Positions 1 to 8,879 of a stretch of 64,000 nucleotides of DNA are shown piece by piece. The translations under genes were made by a program, and so were the position numbers. Numbering within the stretch: position 1 is the first letter of the stretch; each line of letters starts with the position of its first letter. The DNA comes from Escherichia phage RB49. The DNA is taken from sequence record NC_005066.1. The stretch is one strand, 5' to 3'. The notes under the pieces were generated by a model. That model worked only from the letters and a program-made list of their open reading frames with translations, did no database searches and had not been told where the DNA came from.

Positions 1-846
1 ATTCGTTTCTATAGCGATTGTGCATCGGTAGAATACTTTGAAGATAAAAACACCGAAATTTCGTCTACCTCTATGCAGTTTGACAAGTGGCAAGTTAATG
101 TAGGTTCTCGTAAACTGAAAACCTCGTTCACGACCGAATTGATGCAGGATCTTGAGGCAAGCCAAATCAACTCTGAAAACTCTGTAATTGATCTTCTGGC
201 TACTGTTGCTTCCGAAGAGATCAACAAAGATATTATTCAGAAGTTGATCACTGTATCATCTCGCTATAAAATTAAAGGGATCACCCCTGATGGCGTACTT
301 TCTCTCGTTAGCGTTCAGGATGCACCAACACAAGCGCGTGAACTTTACCGCTATGCTTGCGAAATGAGCAATCAAATGTTGCGGACTTCCTCCTTTGCTG
401 GTACATACGTTTTGGCGTCTTCTCGCGTGGTTGGCCTCCTGCAATCTTCCGGTTGGATGGAAGAAACCGACAATGCTCTAAGCGAAGGTCGTCTACGTTG
501 CGGTCTGGAAGTGTACGCAGACACGACAACACCTTTCGATTATATGCTCGTTGGTTGTAAGCACATGATCGGTGATATGGAGAGTGTAGGTTCTCTGTTC
601 TACTCCCCATATACAGAAGCAGACGGCGCTGGCGCGTATAAGAGCGTAATTGACCCTAATAGCTTCCAGCATCATGTAGCTATTATGAATCGTTATTCAC
701 TCTCTGTCAACCCATACACATCAAAAGTTGATCAGGAAGAACACCAGGTCATCAAGGGTGACGATTGGGGTAAAATGGCTGGACGTTCAGAAATGTCCTA
801 CATTTTAGGAATCGAACTGCCACCGCTTGAGATTGACAACGCTTAA
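1..846 (+). CDS. 24: Capsid protein of the gp23/gp24 family, C-terminal part (5' end lies outside the window); position upstream of hoc suggests gp24 head vertex protein
   Basis: Frame is open from base 1 with no stop before the listed Met at 73; sits immediately upstream of the hoc/inh block as gene 24 does in T4. Confidence 0.55.
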   Translation: MRFYSDCASVEYFEDKNTEISSTSMQFDKWQVNVGSRKLKTSFTTELMQDLEASQINSENSVIDLLATVASEEINKDIIQKLITVSSRYKIKGITPDGVLSLVSVQDAPTQARELYRYACEMSNQMLRTSSFAGTYVLASSRVVGLLQSSGWMEETDNALSEGRLRCGLEVYADTTTPFDYMLVGCKHMIGDMESVGSLFYSPYTEADGAGAYKSVIDPNSFQHHVAIMNRYSLSVNPYTSKVDQEEHQVIKGDDWGKMAGRSEMSYILGIELPPLEIDNA

Positions 847-1434
847 CTAAATATCTAACCAAGACAAGTCAGATCCGCCCAAGATTTTTTCGACGGCGGA
901 TCTATTTTCTTGATGATATAAGTTAAAACATGGTATCCCATGTCTACGGGCAACATAAACAGCAATTCGAGTTCCTCCCGAAACAATCCCATTAACTTCT
1001 TTCGCCCAAAATATCACACAATCTACAGGGTCATCAAGTGTCTCACCTAAAACTTGAGCAACATTTCTGGAAAACAGATTTTGCATGTATAACGGTATCG
1101 AACGAGGATTATCATAAACGTGTTCTAATTCATCCATCGCCAGATTTTTTTGTTCTAAGGTTTGCCATGCAATCACATCATGACCGTTATGCTTGTGGTC
1201 ATAAAACTTCCAATTTGGAATGAAAATTTTTCTATAATCTGGATCGTAATACTTCATGAAAGCATTGTCCATACCATAAGCCCCTCCAGAATGCGCTACA
1301 ACGCGATTTTCTGACAATACCCTCCCAATGGTACTAGCCATTATCAAAATGTCGCTAGGCGCTTTTCTAGAGCCTATTAAAGCACATCTACGAAGTGGTT
1401 TTACTCCAAATAGATCTTGTAACTGGTCAAACAT
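847..1434 (-). CDS. SLOG/DprA-like Rossmann-fold protein
   Basis: 195 aa; motifs LIGSRKAP ... VVAHSGGAYGMD ... GGTRIAVYVARRHG resemble the DprA/Smf-SLOG nucleotide-binding fold; GGAGG RBS upstream. Confidence 0.45.
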   Translation of the reverse strand: MFDQLQDLFGVKPLRRCALIGSRKAPSDILIMASTIGRVLSENRVVAHSGGAYGMDNAFMKYYDPDYRKIFIPNWKFYDHKHNGHDVIAWQTLEQKNLAMDELEHVYDNPRSIPLYMQNLFSRNVAQVLGETLDDPVDCVIFWAKEVNGIVSGGTRIAVYVARRHGIPCFNLYHQENRSAVEKILGGSDLSWLDI

Positions 1435-1812
1435 AATATTTCCTCCATAGAAAGCAATATCATACTACAAGTTAATAACAAATACAAGTATCCGCGTAGC
1501 GGAAGCGAGCACAGCGAGCAATAAAACACTTCTAGTAATTGATTAATAAATGTTCGAAACAAATTTTTATTATTCTATAAGATAAGTCTTCGTTTTGATC
1601 ATAATTTAATCATACATGTAAAAACTACACAAAAGGATATCGCTTCGCGAACTCCTACGGAGTATAACATTTGTGTTACAATATGTAGTGATTAATAATT
1701 AACCAAAGATACATTTTCTATGTTCTAAAGATCTTTCTTCGTTTTGATCATAATTTAATCAAACAGTATTAATATTGTGCACATGTAAACTAAAATTATG
1801 TTAATAACAGAT

Positions 1813-1839
1813 ACAAAAAAGCCGTCCCGAAGGACGGCT
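1813..1839 (-). terminator. Rho-independent terminator
   Basis: Hairpin gccgtcc-cgaa-ggacggc followed by a T-run on the minus strand, directly after the stop of the 1848..2285 gene. Confidence 0.6.
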
Positions 1840-1847
1840 AATGTTAA

Positions 1848-2285
1848 TTATTTGTTGATAACGATCTGATTTCGGCGAATGGTAACATTACTCTTAGAGA
1901 TGATCAGATCATCCGGCACTACGTTAGTTTTGTATGGTTGGAAGCGAACAAGCATCTGATTGCGTTTAGACCCTTCCTTAATCTTGATTTCCATCTGGAT
2001 ATTGTTTCCTACGTGAGCAACCGCAATTTCACCTTTATTCTCATAGACCCACTTGCTGGTAACGTCTCCAGCAAAAGCCTTAATAACTTGCAATGCTTCG
2101 TCGTATGCGGTAGAGCTGTGAACTTTCAAAAGGCCAGCCGTAGCAAGACGGGAGCAGGTGATCGCCGGAGATTGCCAAACATCAACATTAATTTGCTCAA
2201 TCAGAGTAACACCGCCATGATCAACTGCTTTGAATGCTTCAAACATTGCCTTTTTCATTGCTACGTGGTTTTTACGGAATTTCAT
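1848..2285 (-). CDS. Hypothetical protein
   Basis: 145 aa ORF, terminator immediately downstream. Confidence 0.5.
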   Translation of the reverse strand: MKFRKNHVAMKKAMFEAFKAVDHGGVTLIEQINVDVWQSPAITCSRLATAGLLKVHSSTAYDEALQVIKAFAGDVTSKWVYENKGEIAVAHVGNNIQMEIKIKEGSKRNQMLVRFQPYKTNVVPDDLIISKSNVTIRRNQIVINK

Positions 2286-2331
2286 AATTAGTCACCTCTA
2301 TTGATTAGTTATTCAGAATATCAATTACAAA

Positions 2332-2715
2332 TCAGGACATTGCCCGTTTGAATGCGTCCATTATAACAGTGTTATTTGGCTTGTCAACACGTTTTTGAAC
2401 TTTATTTTTAAATTTTTTGTTGATGTGGTGTTTACGATAAACAACCTTTTCACGGTTGGCGTAAGCCTCTCGTGCGTCTTTTACCATCAACCATGCCTTA
2501 GCCGCATCTTGTCCGCTGATCCCGCCAATCTTCTTAGCAATATCAACAAAATTAAGACCGTGGTCTTCGCGTAGCATGTAAACCATTAACGCTGTTTTCT
2601 TGTCCATCACTTCGCCCCATTGACGATTAACAGGATAGTGATCAGCACCGGAAACTGGATCATGATAGTGCCAATAAACCGGATAAATGCATTTTCTGAC
2701 TTCCACACATGACAT
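2332..2715 (-). CDS. Hypothetical protein, possible HTH DNA-binding
   Basis: 127 aa ORF; segment LNFVDIAKKIGGISGQDAAKAW resembles a helix-turn-helix. Confidence 0.4.
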   Translation of the reverse strand: MSCVEVRKCIYPVYWHYHDPVSGADHYPVNRQWGEVMDKKTALMVYMLREDHGLNFVDIAKKIGGISGQDAAKAWLMVKDAREAYANREKVVYRKHHINKKFKNKVQKRVDKPNNTVIMDAFKRAMS

Positions 2716-2964
2716 GCGACTAGCTGATAGACCATTGTTGAAACCAGAACTAGGATATAAACCGAAAGCGGTGTAACTTCGATTAGTCGGGAAATCTCAT
2801 TCATACTTCACCTCATACATTCATAAACACAACAACGAATAATACAGTAACAGTTATCAACGCCATTTTCAACCCCATATTCATAATATTTTCTTCGCCT
2901 CACGATGGACAGTAGCATGTCGATTCGTGCCATTATAGTCATCTAAATCGCTCTGTCAAGAACA

Positions 2965-2996
2965 AAAAAACAAAAAAGCCACCCCGAAGGATGGCT
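2965..2996 (-). terminator. Rho-independent terminator after hoc
   Basis: Imperfect hairpin agccacccc-gaagg-atggct with a flanking A/T run, 12 bp below the hoc stop. Confidence 0.45.
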
Positions 2997-3007
2997 GATA
3001 GATTTCA

Positions 3008-4222
3008 TTAAGCAGGATGCGTTTCACGAATGCGTAGAACTCGCTCTAACGTCTCTCGGTCCAGTTTATGTAACTCTTTAGACTGATACATGAAACCATT
3101 GCGAGATTCCATGCATGTGCAATCACTATATTTTTCTTCCGCTGCTGCGATCGTCTCCAGATCTTTGGCGTACTTGCTGGTTGAATAAACTTCTCGATCA
3201 CGCCACTCTAACCCAGCCTCATTGAATTTAACAATCTCGTCAAATACCCACCATCCAATGTAGATAAATGAAGTTTTGCGCCACGGGATCGGGTGTACGT
3301 AACGAAACATTTTAACAACTTCCATTGAACATTTTCGGCTTGTACTTGCTGCAACTTCTACTGTTTCATCTTCGATCTGTTGATATAGTTTAGCAACACA
3401 CCAGAATTTGGCTGTGTCATCGTAAGTAGCACTCTCTTTGAACAGATGACCGTCTGGAGTGATAGAAAATCCTTCCAGTGCTTCGCCGACCTCACTACCG
3501 ATCAGAGTCGGTGACAGTTGCCCTTCGCGCTGCAAATACCAGTTATATTTGATCGTCAAATTAGGCATACCGCTAGAATCGCCTACAATGTCCTCTGACA
3601 CAACATAATTAAGTGAGATCTCATTACCTAGTGCCACGGTCTTTGATTCCACCACATCCTGATCTACGTTCATTGTTGCCAGCATGATTTTAGTCGATGC
3701 GCTAGCGGCTGAATCTTCCGACTCTCCCCACACTTTTACAGTATACACGCCGTTTTTATCTGCTGTAAATTCTTGGATCGTAATATCCTGTGTTGTGTCT
3801 ATAACGTCTTCGCCCTTACTCCAACTATAATGTAGTTCATAGTTGTCTGCTGGAGTCTTCCCACCAGAAAATTTTACTGTTGCATGTAATTCTACGTCTG
3901 TTTGTGATGATACGTAGAAATGCTGCGGTTCGGTGATATTTACGATTAACTCAGCTTCTTCCATGAGGAAAACTTCAGATTCTACTGATGTCATCGTATC
4001 GGTATCTTGTACCGTGACTTTATAGCTACCCGCATTTTCACTTGTTGCGTCTGCTACAGTTAGCGTAGCTGTGTTATTTTCATGTGGTTGGTCGTCTTTT
4101 GTCCATGTATATGTCAAATTGCTGGGTAATGGTTCGTCACCCGCTACAGTCGCTGTTAAGGTGAAACCATCTCCAGCAAGAAAACATCTTTTGTTAGATT
4201 GTATTGATACTGTGAAAGCCAT
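3008..4222 (-). CDS. hoc: Hoc, highly immunogenic outer capsid protein with Ig-like domains
   Basis: 404 aa; C-terminal YVHPIPW...GWWVFDEIVK...ESRNG matches the T4 Hoc capsid-binding region as recalled; tandem Ig-like repeats at the N-terminus. Confidence 0.8.
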   Translation of the reverse strand: MAFTVSIQSNKRCFLAGDGFTLTATVAGDEPLPSNLTYTWTKDDQPHENNTATLTVADATSENAGSYKVTVQDTDTMTSVESEVFLMEEAELIVNITEPQHFYVSSQTDVELHATVKFSGGKTPADNYELHYSWSKGEDVIDTTQDITIQEFTADKNGVYTVKVWGESEDSAASASTKIMLATMNVDQDVVESKTVALGNEISLNYVVSEDIVGDSSGMPNLTIKYNWYLQREGQLSPTLIGSEVGEALEGFSITPDGHLFKESATYDDTAKFWCVAKLYQQIEDETVEVAASTSRKCSMEVVKMFRYVHPIPWRKTSFIYIGWWVFDEIVKFNEAGLEWRDREVYSTSKYAKDLETIAAAEEKYSDCTCMESRNGFMYQSKELHKLDRETLERVLRIRETHPA

Positions 4223-4391
4223 ATAAAGCCACTCCCATCGAAAATCCGAATTTAATTAATTGAAATAGTTGATTGTCATCAACCAGATAACCATTGCGAG
4301 ATTCCAATACATGAGTATTAGAATAGTGATGCAACGAGGCCGAAATAGTATCGATCTCGTCTGGGTATTTGTTCTGTTTGATGTAATACAT
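4194..4391 (-). CDS. Small ORF with a Hoc-like ESRNGY motif
   Basis: 65 aa; contains ESRNGYLVDD resembling the Hoc C-terminus; overlaps the hoc start by 29 nt; weak RBS. Confidence 0.25.
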   Translation of the reverse strand: MYYIKQNKYPDEIDTISASLHHYSNTHVLESRNGYLVDDNQLFQLIKFGFSMGVALYGFHSINTI

Positions 4392-4486
4392 TGATTTTGT
4401 TAGACATGTAGTATCCTCTTTTTAATTGCATAACGGAACTACAATTAAAATTATAACAAATATTTCACAACTTTTATCACCCAAAA

Positions 4487-5215
4487 TTACTTGAGTGTGT
4501 GGAATTGGCTATGTTTAGTCTCTCGCACCTTGACAGACCCATCGCGTTTGATATAATAGATCAGTGACTTGAGGGTGTCGTGTACATACGCGTGCGGGAA
4601 ACGCTCTGGATACTTCTTCCAATCTGGAGTATTAACGATCCAGTCGAAAATCCACCACGGGCAGGAGTAGTAACCACGACCGCCACCGATCAAGCAAATG
4701 GTCGGACGGAAGCCAGTAAGATCGCAAAATGAATCAGTGTCATGTGCTGGGGAACGATGTTCTGCTTCGTCAGAGAAAATGTTGGCTACCGGAGATTCCA
4801 CTTTAACTTCCGGTACATCTACAACTTCAATTGTAACTGGTACTGTGTGTGGTTTGGCTTCTTCTACAACTTCAATTGTAATTGGTTCTTCTTTTTGTTC
4901 TGGTTCTTTCATTGCTTCAACCAGAGACGGATCAACTTCGTCGAATACCACTTTATCATCTACGGTGTCTGCTGCCAGAATAAGATCGTTAATACTGGTT
5001 CCTTCTGCCGGAGTTTCTTCTTCCATTTCGGAAGCCAGTTTAGTTAATTCGGTTTCTACGAACTCGATCATGTTCTCTAGTGATAAAGTCTTTTTGACCT
5101 TAATATCAAATTGTTTTGCGTAGTCAGCTAATTCTGTTTTAGCTGTTTTCTGTGCTTCTTTGTCGTCGGACGCCGCAATAGCGCGGAGTTCTTCGAAATA
5201 TTCTTTATCAAACAT
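4487..5215 (-). CDS. inh: Inh-like capsid-associated protein (prohead protease inhibitor homologue, tentative)
   Basis: 242 aa, located between hoc and uvsW as inh is in T4; acidic repetitive N-terminus and a C-terminal PWWIFDWIV motif similar to Hoc WWVFDEIV. Confidence 0.45.
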   Translation of the reverse strand: MFDKEYFEELRAIAASDDKEAQKTAKTELADYAKQFDIKVKKTLSLENMIEFVETELTKLASEMEEETPAEGTSINDLILAADTVDDKVVFDEVDPSLVEAMKEPEQKEEPITIEVVEEAKPHTVPVTIEVVDVPEVKVESPVANIFSDEAEHRSPAHDTDSFCDLTGFRPTICLIGGGRGYYSCPWWIFDWIVNTPDWKKYPERFPHAYVHDTLKSLIYYIKRDGSVKVRETKHSQFHTLK

Positions 5216-5241
5216 GTTATTCTCCTGAATGGGGGTGTTTG

Positions 5242-5249
5242 TATAAATA
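5242..5249 (+). promoter_or_regulatory. T4-type late promoter box TATAAATA
   Basis: Exact TATAAATA about 22 bp upstream of the uvsW start. Confidence 0.5.
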
Positions 5250-5270
5250 TTTGTATACTGTATTTATTGA

Positions 5271-6788
5271 GTGAGGCTATTCGCTATGCAAGATATTAAA
5301 ATTCACTTTCTGAACTACTCCCATGTTCAAATTGAATGTAGCGATTCAATTTTATTAGAAATGCGAGATTATTTTAGTTTTGAAGTCGAGGGAGCGCGGT
5401 TTCAAAAAAGATTTAAGTATGGTGGATGGGATGGGCGTATTCGTCTTTTAGATTACAACGGAAAGCTGCCAATCGGCCTAACTAAAACCGTGGGAATCTT
5501 CGCTAAAAATATGGGCTATAGCGTATGGGTAGATCCTCGCTTATTCGAAAAAGAACAAGTTACAGAAGAAGAAATTACAAAATGGTGTAATGACTTAGAA
5601 TTATATTCCGGTGCTAACAGGATCACCCCGCACTGGTATCAATCAAAGGCTGTCTTTGAAGGTATTCATCATAAACGCCGTATGTTAGTTTTGCCTACGT
5701 CCGCTGGTAAATCTGCGATTGCTTGTATGTTGTCTCGTTGGTACTTAGAGAACTACGAAGGGAAAGTGCTGATCATCGTTCCTACCACGTCGCTAGTGCT
5801 GCAAATGCGTGATGATTTTGTTGATTATCGCCAGTTTCCGTATGAAGCAATTCATACTATCATGAGCGGTACTAGTAAACACGTAGGTGATCGCCTGATC
5901 GTTGTTAGTACGTGGCAATCAGCATGTAAACAGCCGAGTGAATGGTTCCAGCAATTTGGGATGGTTATTGTTGATGAATGTCACAAGGCCACTGCTAAAA
6001 ACCTGCTAAACATCGTTACTGATATGGATCATTGCCAGTTTAAGATCGGTATGACTGGTTCCCCTCGTGACGGGAAAGCTAACATGATGCAGTATGTCGG
6101 TCTTTTCGGTGATATTTCTAAGATCGTGAGTATTGACCGCCTGATGGAAGAAGGTCAAGTGACGAAACTGAAAATCAACTGTCTTTTCCTTCGTTATACC
6201 GATGAGGAATGTAGCGCGGTTAAGGGTAGAGAATATGCGGAAGAGATCAAGTATATTACGTCTAACCCACGACGTAATAAGTTTGCTTGTAATTTGGCGC
6301 TAAAACTCGCTAAGAAGGGCGAAAACGTATTCCTGATGTTCCGCAATACTAAGCACGGAAAACTTATGTATGATGCGTTACAGAAGGTACACGACAAGGT
6401 TTATTATATTGACGGTGGAGTTAAGACAGAAGAACGTGATGAATTTAAGAAATTAGCGGAAGGGGAAACAGGGATCATTTGCGTTGCATCCTATGGTGTG
6501 TTCTCTACTGGTGTTTCAATTAAGAACTTGCACCATGTTATTTTCGGTCATCCAGTGAAGGAATCAACTATCGTTCGTCAGAGTATCGGTCGTGCATTGC
6601 GTAAACATGGTTCTAAGGATATTGCAACGGTCTGGGATCTTATAGATCATCTGGCGGTGAAGACAAAGAGCAAGAATGCTAAGAAACAGTTTAGCCACCT
6701 TAATTATGCTCTTAAACATGCCCTTGAAAGAATAAAAATTTACAACACCGATCGATTCGAATATGTCACGAAAACCATCGAGATTTAA
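5271..6788 (+). CDS. uvsW: UvsW DNA helicase (SF2, RNA-DNA and branched-DNA helicase)
   Basis: 505 aa; strongly resembles T4 UvsW as recalled (HWYQ, LPTSAGKS Walker A, VDECH DEAD-like box, VASYGVFSTG). Confidence 0.9.
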   Translation: MRLFAMQDIKIHFLNYSHVQIECSDSILLEMRDYFSFEVEGARFQKRFKYGGWDGRIRLLDYNGKLPIGLTKTVGIFAKNMGYSVWVDPRLFEKEQVTEEEITKWCNDLELYSGANRITPHWYQSKAVFEGIHHKRRMLVLPTSAGKSAIACMLSRWYLENYEGKVLIIVPTTSLVLQMRDDFVDYRQFPYEAIHTIMSGTSKHVGDRLIVVSTWQSACKQPSEWFQQFGMVIVDECHKATAKNLLNIVTDMDHCQFKIGMTGSPRDGKANMMQYVGLFGDISKIVSIDRLMEEGQVTKLKINCLFLRYTDEECSAVKGREYAEEIKYITSNPRRNKFACNLALKLAKKGENVFLMFRNTKHGKLMYDALQKVHDKVYYIDGGVKTEERDEFKKLAEGETGIICVASYGVFSTGVSIKNLHHVIFGHPVKESTIVRQSIGRALRKHGSKDIATVWDLIDHLAVKTKSKNAKKQFSHLNYALKHALERIKIYNTDRFEYVTKTIEI

Positions 6789-6793
6789 TAAAT

Positions 6794-6817
6794 AGGGGCT
6801 TTAATGCCCCTTTATTC
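6794..6817 (+). terminator. Rho-independent terminator or attenuator after uvsW
   Basis: Hairpin aggggc-tttaat-gcccct followed by tttatt. Confidence 0.5.
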
Positions 6818-6831
6818 TACGGAGATTAAAA

Positions 6832-7068
6832 ATGATTAGCTTTAAACGTTTTTTGGTTGAGGCCGCTATTGACGGTTTCATGAGTAAGATTTATTCTTGT
6901 AATACTATCGAGGGATTAAATGAACTTGAGGCATATTATGAGAAGCGCAAGAAAGAAACAGAATTGAAACCTGCTGATGATATTTCGATCCGTGATGCCA
7001 TCGCTGGACGCCGTAAGCAATTGGAAGCGGACAACGAGCCAGAAGAGGAGCCGGAAGAGGATTTTTAA
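6832..7068 (+). CDS. uvsW.1: UvsW.1-like small acidic protein
   Basis: 78 aa ORF directly downstream of uvsW with an AGGAG-like RBS; same position and size as T4 uvsW.1. Confidence 0.6.
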   Translation: MISFKRFLVEAAIDGFMSKIYSCNTIEGLNELEAYYEKRKKETELKPADDISIRDAIAGRRKQLEADNEPEEEPEEDF

Positions 7069-7072
7069 GATA

Positions 7073-7097
7073 TAAAAAAGCCCCATCATTGATGGGG
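7073..7097 (-). terminator. Rho-independent terminator (bidirectional position)
   Basis: Hairpin gccccatc-attg-atggggc with an A-run on plus / T-run on minus, between the convergent uvsW.1 and uvsY-region genes. Confidence 0.6.
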
Positions 7098-7131
7098 CAA
7101 AATAAACCAATTAAAATCGGTTATCAACAAA

Positions 7132-7308
7132 TTACATTAACAGCATTGTTTGCTCTACGAGTTGTTCTTGTTCTTCGCCGTTCGCATCTTCACTAATCGA
7201 ACGTTCTGTTACTAGCTGTAAGCAGTAGCCAGTATGAACAACGCCGTTTTCTGTCTGGACGGATAACGCATCCTCGACAGGTTGTTTACAACAAATACAG
7301 ATTTTCAT
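7132..7308 (-). CDS. Small Cys-rich protein, uvsY.-2-like by position
   Basis: 58 aa ORF (MKICICCKQP...) not in the ORF track because it is under 60 aa; hand-translated, sits between uvsW.1 and uvsY. Confidence 0.4.
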   Translation of the reverse strand: MKICICCKQPVEDALSVQTENGVVHTGYCLQLVTERSISEDANGEEQEQLVEQTMLLM

Positions 7309-7329
7309 AAAAATTCCTCCTGCATGTAT

Positions 7330-7737
7330 TTAGCGACCAGATTCCAGCATACGCAATTCTATAGCATTCTTGATCGCAAAGCCACGAGATTTAACGATAT
7401 CAAGTGCGCGACCAGCAAAATCCATTACCATCTGGTAATATGCAATTTTCGTATCAAGCGGTAAGATCTCGTCGTCTGCTGCCATGACAACTTTCAATTC
7501 TGATTTCTCATATTCAGCACGACACCAGTCATCACTACGGTTAGTGTAAAAGTCAAGACGATTTTTCATAGCCTTTTTCTTTTTAGCCTCAAGAGCAATC
7601 GTCTCTCTTTTCGCCTCGCTGTAAATCCTTAACCACTTTGAGTATACTACCGGATTATTCAGCGCCTCCCATTGCAACTTAGTCGCATCGATCTTCATGT
7701 CAGCTTCTAATTGTTCTTTCAAATCGTTTAGGTCCAT
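7330..7737 (-). CDS. uvsY: UvsY recombination mediator protein
   Basis: 135 aa; matches T4 UvsY as recalled (TKLQWEALNN, KSRGFAIKN). Confidence 0.85.
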   Translation of the reverse strand: MDLNDLKEQLEADMKIDATKLQWEALNNPVVYSKWLRIYSEAKRETIALEAKKKKAMKNRLDFYTNRSDDWCRAEYEKSELKVVMAADDEILPLDTKIAYYQMVMDFAGRALDIVKSRGFAIKNAIELRMLESGR

Positions 7738-7784
7738 AATATCCCCTTATTCACACTAAGACCTATATCATATCACACACAAAA

Positions 7785-8183
7785 TCACTTTGCAAGTCTT
7801 ATGCGTAGTTGTTCAAGATCATCTGGGTTGTCTATTACTGAAAAGTAGATTGATACTATGATTGAGTTATCGTCGTACTGCGGAGTTACTTCTACTGTCA
7901 GGTTTCGGACCCGTGGTTCATAGTTTCGGATCGCCTCATTGATGTTTTTTGATAAGGTATCCACCGTCAGTGGGTTCATGTTCTCAAACAAAGATTTATT
8001 GAGATCGCATCCAAACAGTGGATCAAATGGACGAGATCCCTTGCGAGTAGTCACGATCAGTAGAATAGAATCCTTAACCGCTTTAATCCCTATGTTCTTT
8101 TTAACGTCGTTATTCCACGATCTGGATATATTGAGATCCAAATCAGTATACATCTGATTAATAGTTGCCATGTTATACCTCAA
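7785..8183 (-). CDS. 25: gp25 baseplate wedge protein (lysozyme-like fold)
   Basis: 132 aa; TTRKGSRPFDP-FGCDL ... RNYEPR ... SVIDNPDD matches T4 gp25 as recalled. Confidence 0.85.
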   Translation of the reverse strand: MRYNMATINQMYTDLDLNISRSWNNDVKKNIGIKAVKDSILLIVTTRKGSRPFDPLFGCDLNKSLFENMNPLTVDTLSKNINEAIRNYEPRVRNLTVEVTPQYDDNSIIVSIYFSVIDNPDDLEQLRIRLAK

Positions 8184-8809
8184 AGAATTTTAAGGAAACT
8201 GGATAGACCTGATAATGAATATACACCAGATTCCCCGCATTCGCACTTGATCGGTACTGCCAGCGTGATTTGATTTCTTGTTAGCTCGTCGATCACTTCT
8301 TCCACTTTATCCGTGGTAAGCATATCCAGCACGCGGTCAAAGTCCTGTGCGTTCAGGTCGTCTATATTGAATTGCTGATCGCCGATCACGATATATTCGA
8401 TACATGCAATTACCATCTGCATAATATCAACATCTTCTGTAAACTTAGGTTGACGAAACTTGATTTTTACTTGTCCTAAGTCCAGAATATACGGTTCAAC
8501 TTCTGGTATCTGTGTGCGTGAAACATCAAGAGAGTATACTTTCTCTTTATTGCATACACCACACACCCAAGTAGCATCAAATTTCATCTTATTGAGGCTG
8601 TGACACCATAAGAGAAGAAAAATATATTCTGCTTCGCATTTCTCTAGCTCTAATGCATTGATCCCCGTACATTCATGTATGATCTCTATAACAACCTCTG
8701 ACAGCTTGCCAGTCTCTTTTGCTGCTACCAGTTTTTGAAATTCGCCGAAGGTGAAAGCACGGGCGTGTATCAACTTTTCGCCTAATTGGATCTTGAAAAA
8801 GTATTGCAT
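8180..8809 (-). CDS. 26: gp26 baseplate hub subunit
   Basis: 209 aa ORF in the syntenic position between gp25 and gp51, divergent from gp51; T4 gp26 is about the same size. Confidence 0.6.
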   Translation of the reverse strand: MQYFFKIQLGEKLIHARAFTFGEFQKLVAAKETGKLSEVVIEIIHECTGINALELEKCEAEYIFLLLWCHSLNKMKFDATWVCGVCNKEKVYSLDVSRTQIPEVEPYILDLGQVKIKFRQPKFTEDVDIMQMVIACIEYIVIGDQQFNIDDLNAQDFDRVLDMLTTDKVEEVIDELTRNQITLAVPIKCECGESGVYSLSGLSSFLKIL

Positions 8810-8851
8810 AATAAAACACCCTTTATAAACACATAGAATTATTTAGTATTT

Positions 8852-8859
8852 TATAAATA
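8852..8859 (+). promoter_or_regulatory. T4-type late promoter box TATAAATA
   Basis: Exact TATAAATA about 21 bp upstream of the gene 51 start, in the divergent 26/51 intergenic region. Confidence 0.5.
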
Positions 8860-8879
8860 CCCGAAAGGGGGATTATACC

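Noticed and set aside
1435-1847. Possible tRNA gene in the long intergenic region
   Set aside because: No convincing cloverleaf (acceptor stem plus T-arm GTTC-like box) could be traced by eye; a tRNA scan would be needed to exclude it.
4698-5123. Plus-strand ORFs (4698..5123, 4742..5047) with low-complexity Ser/Thr- or Phe/Asn-rich translations
   Set aside because: They lie entirely antisense to the inh-like gene and reflect its repetitive acidic coding sequence; treated as shadow ORFs.
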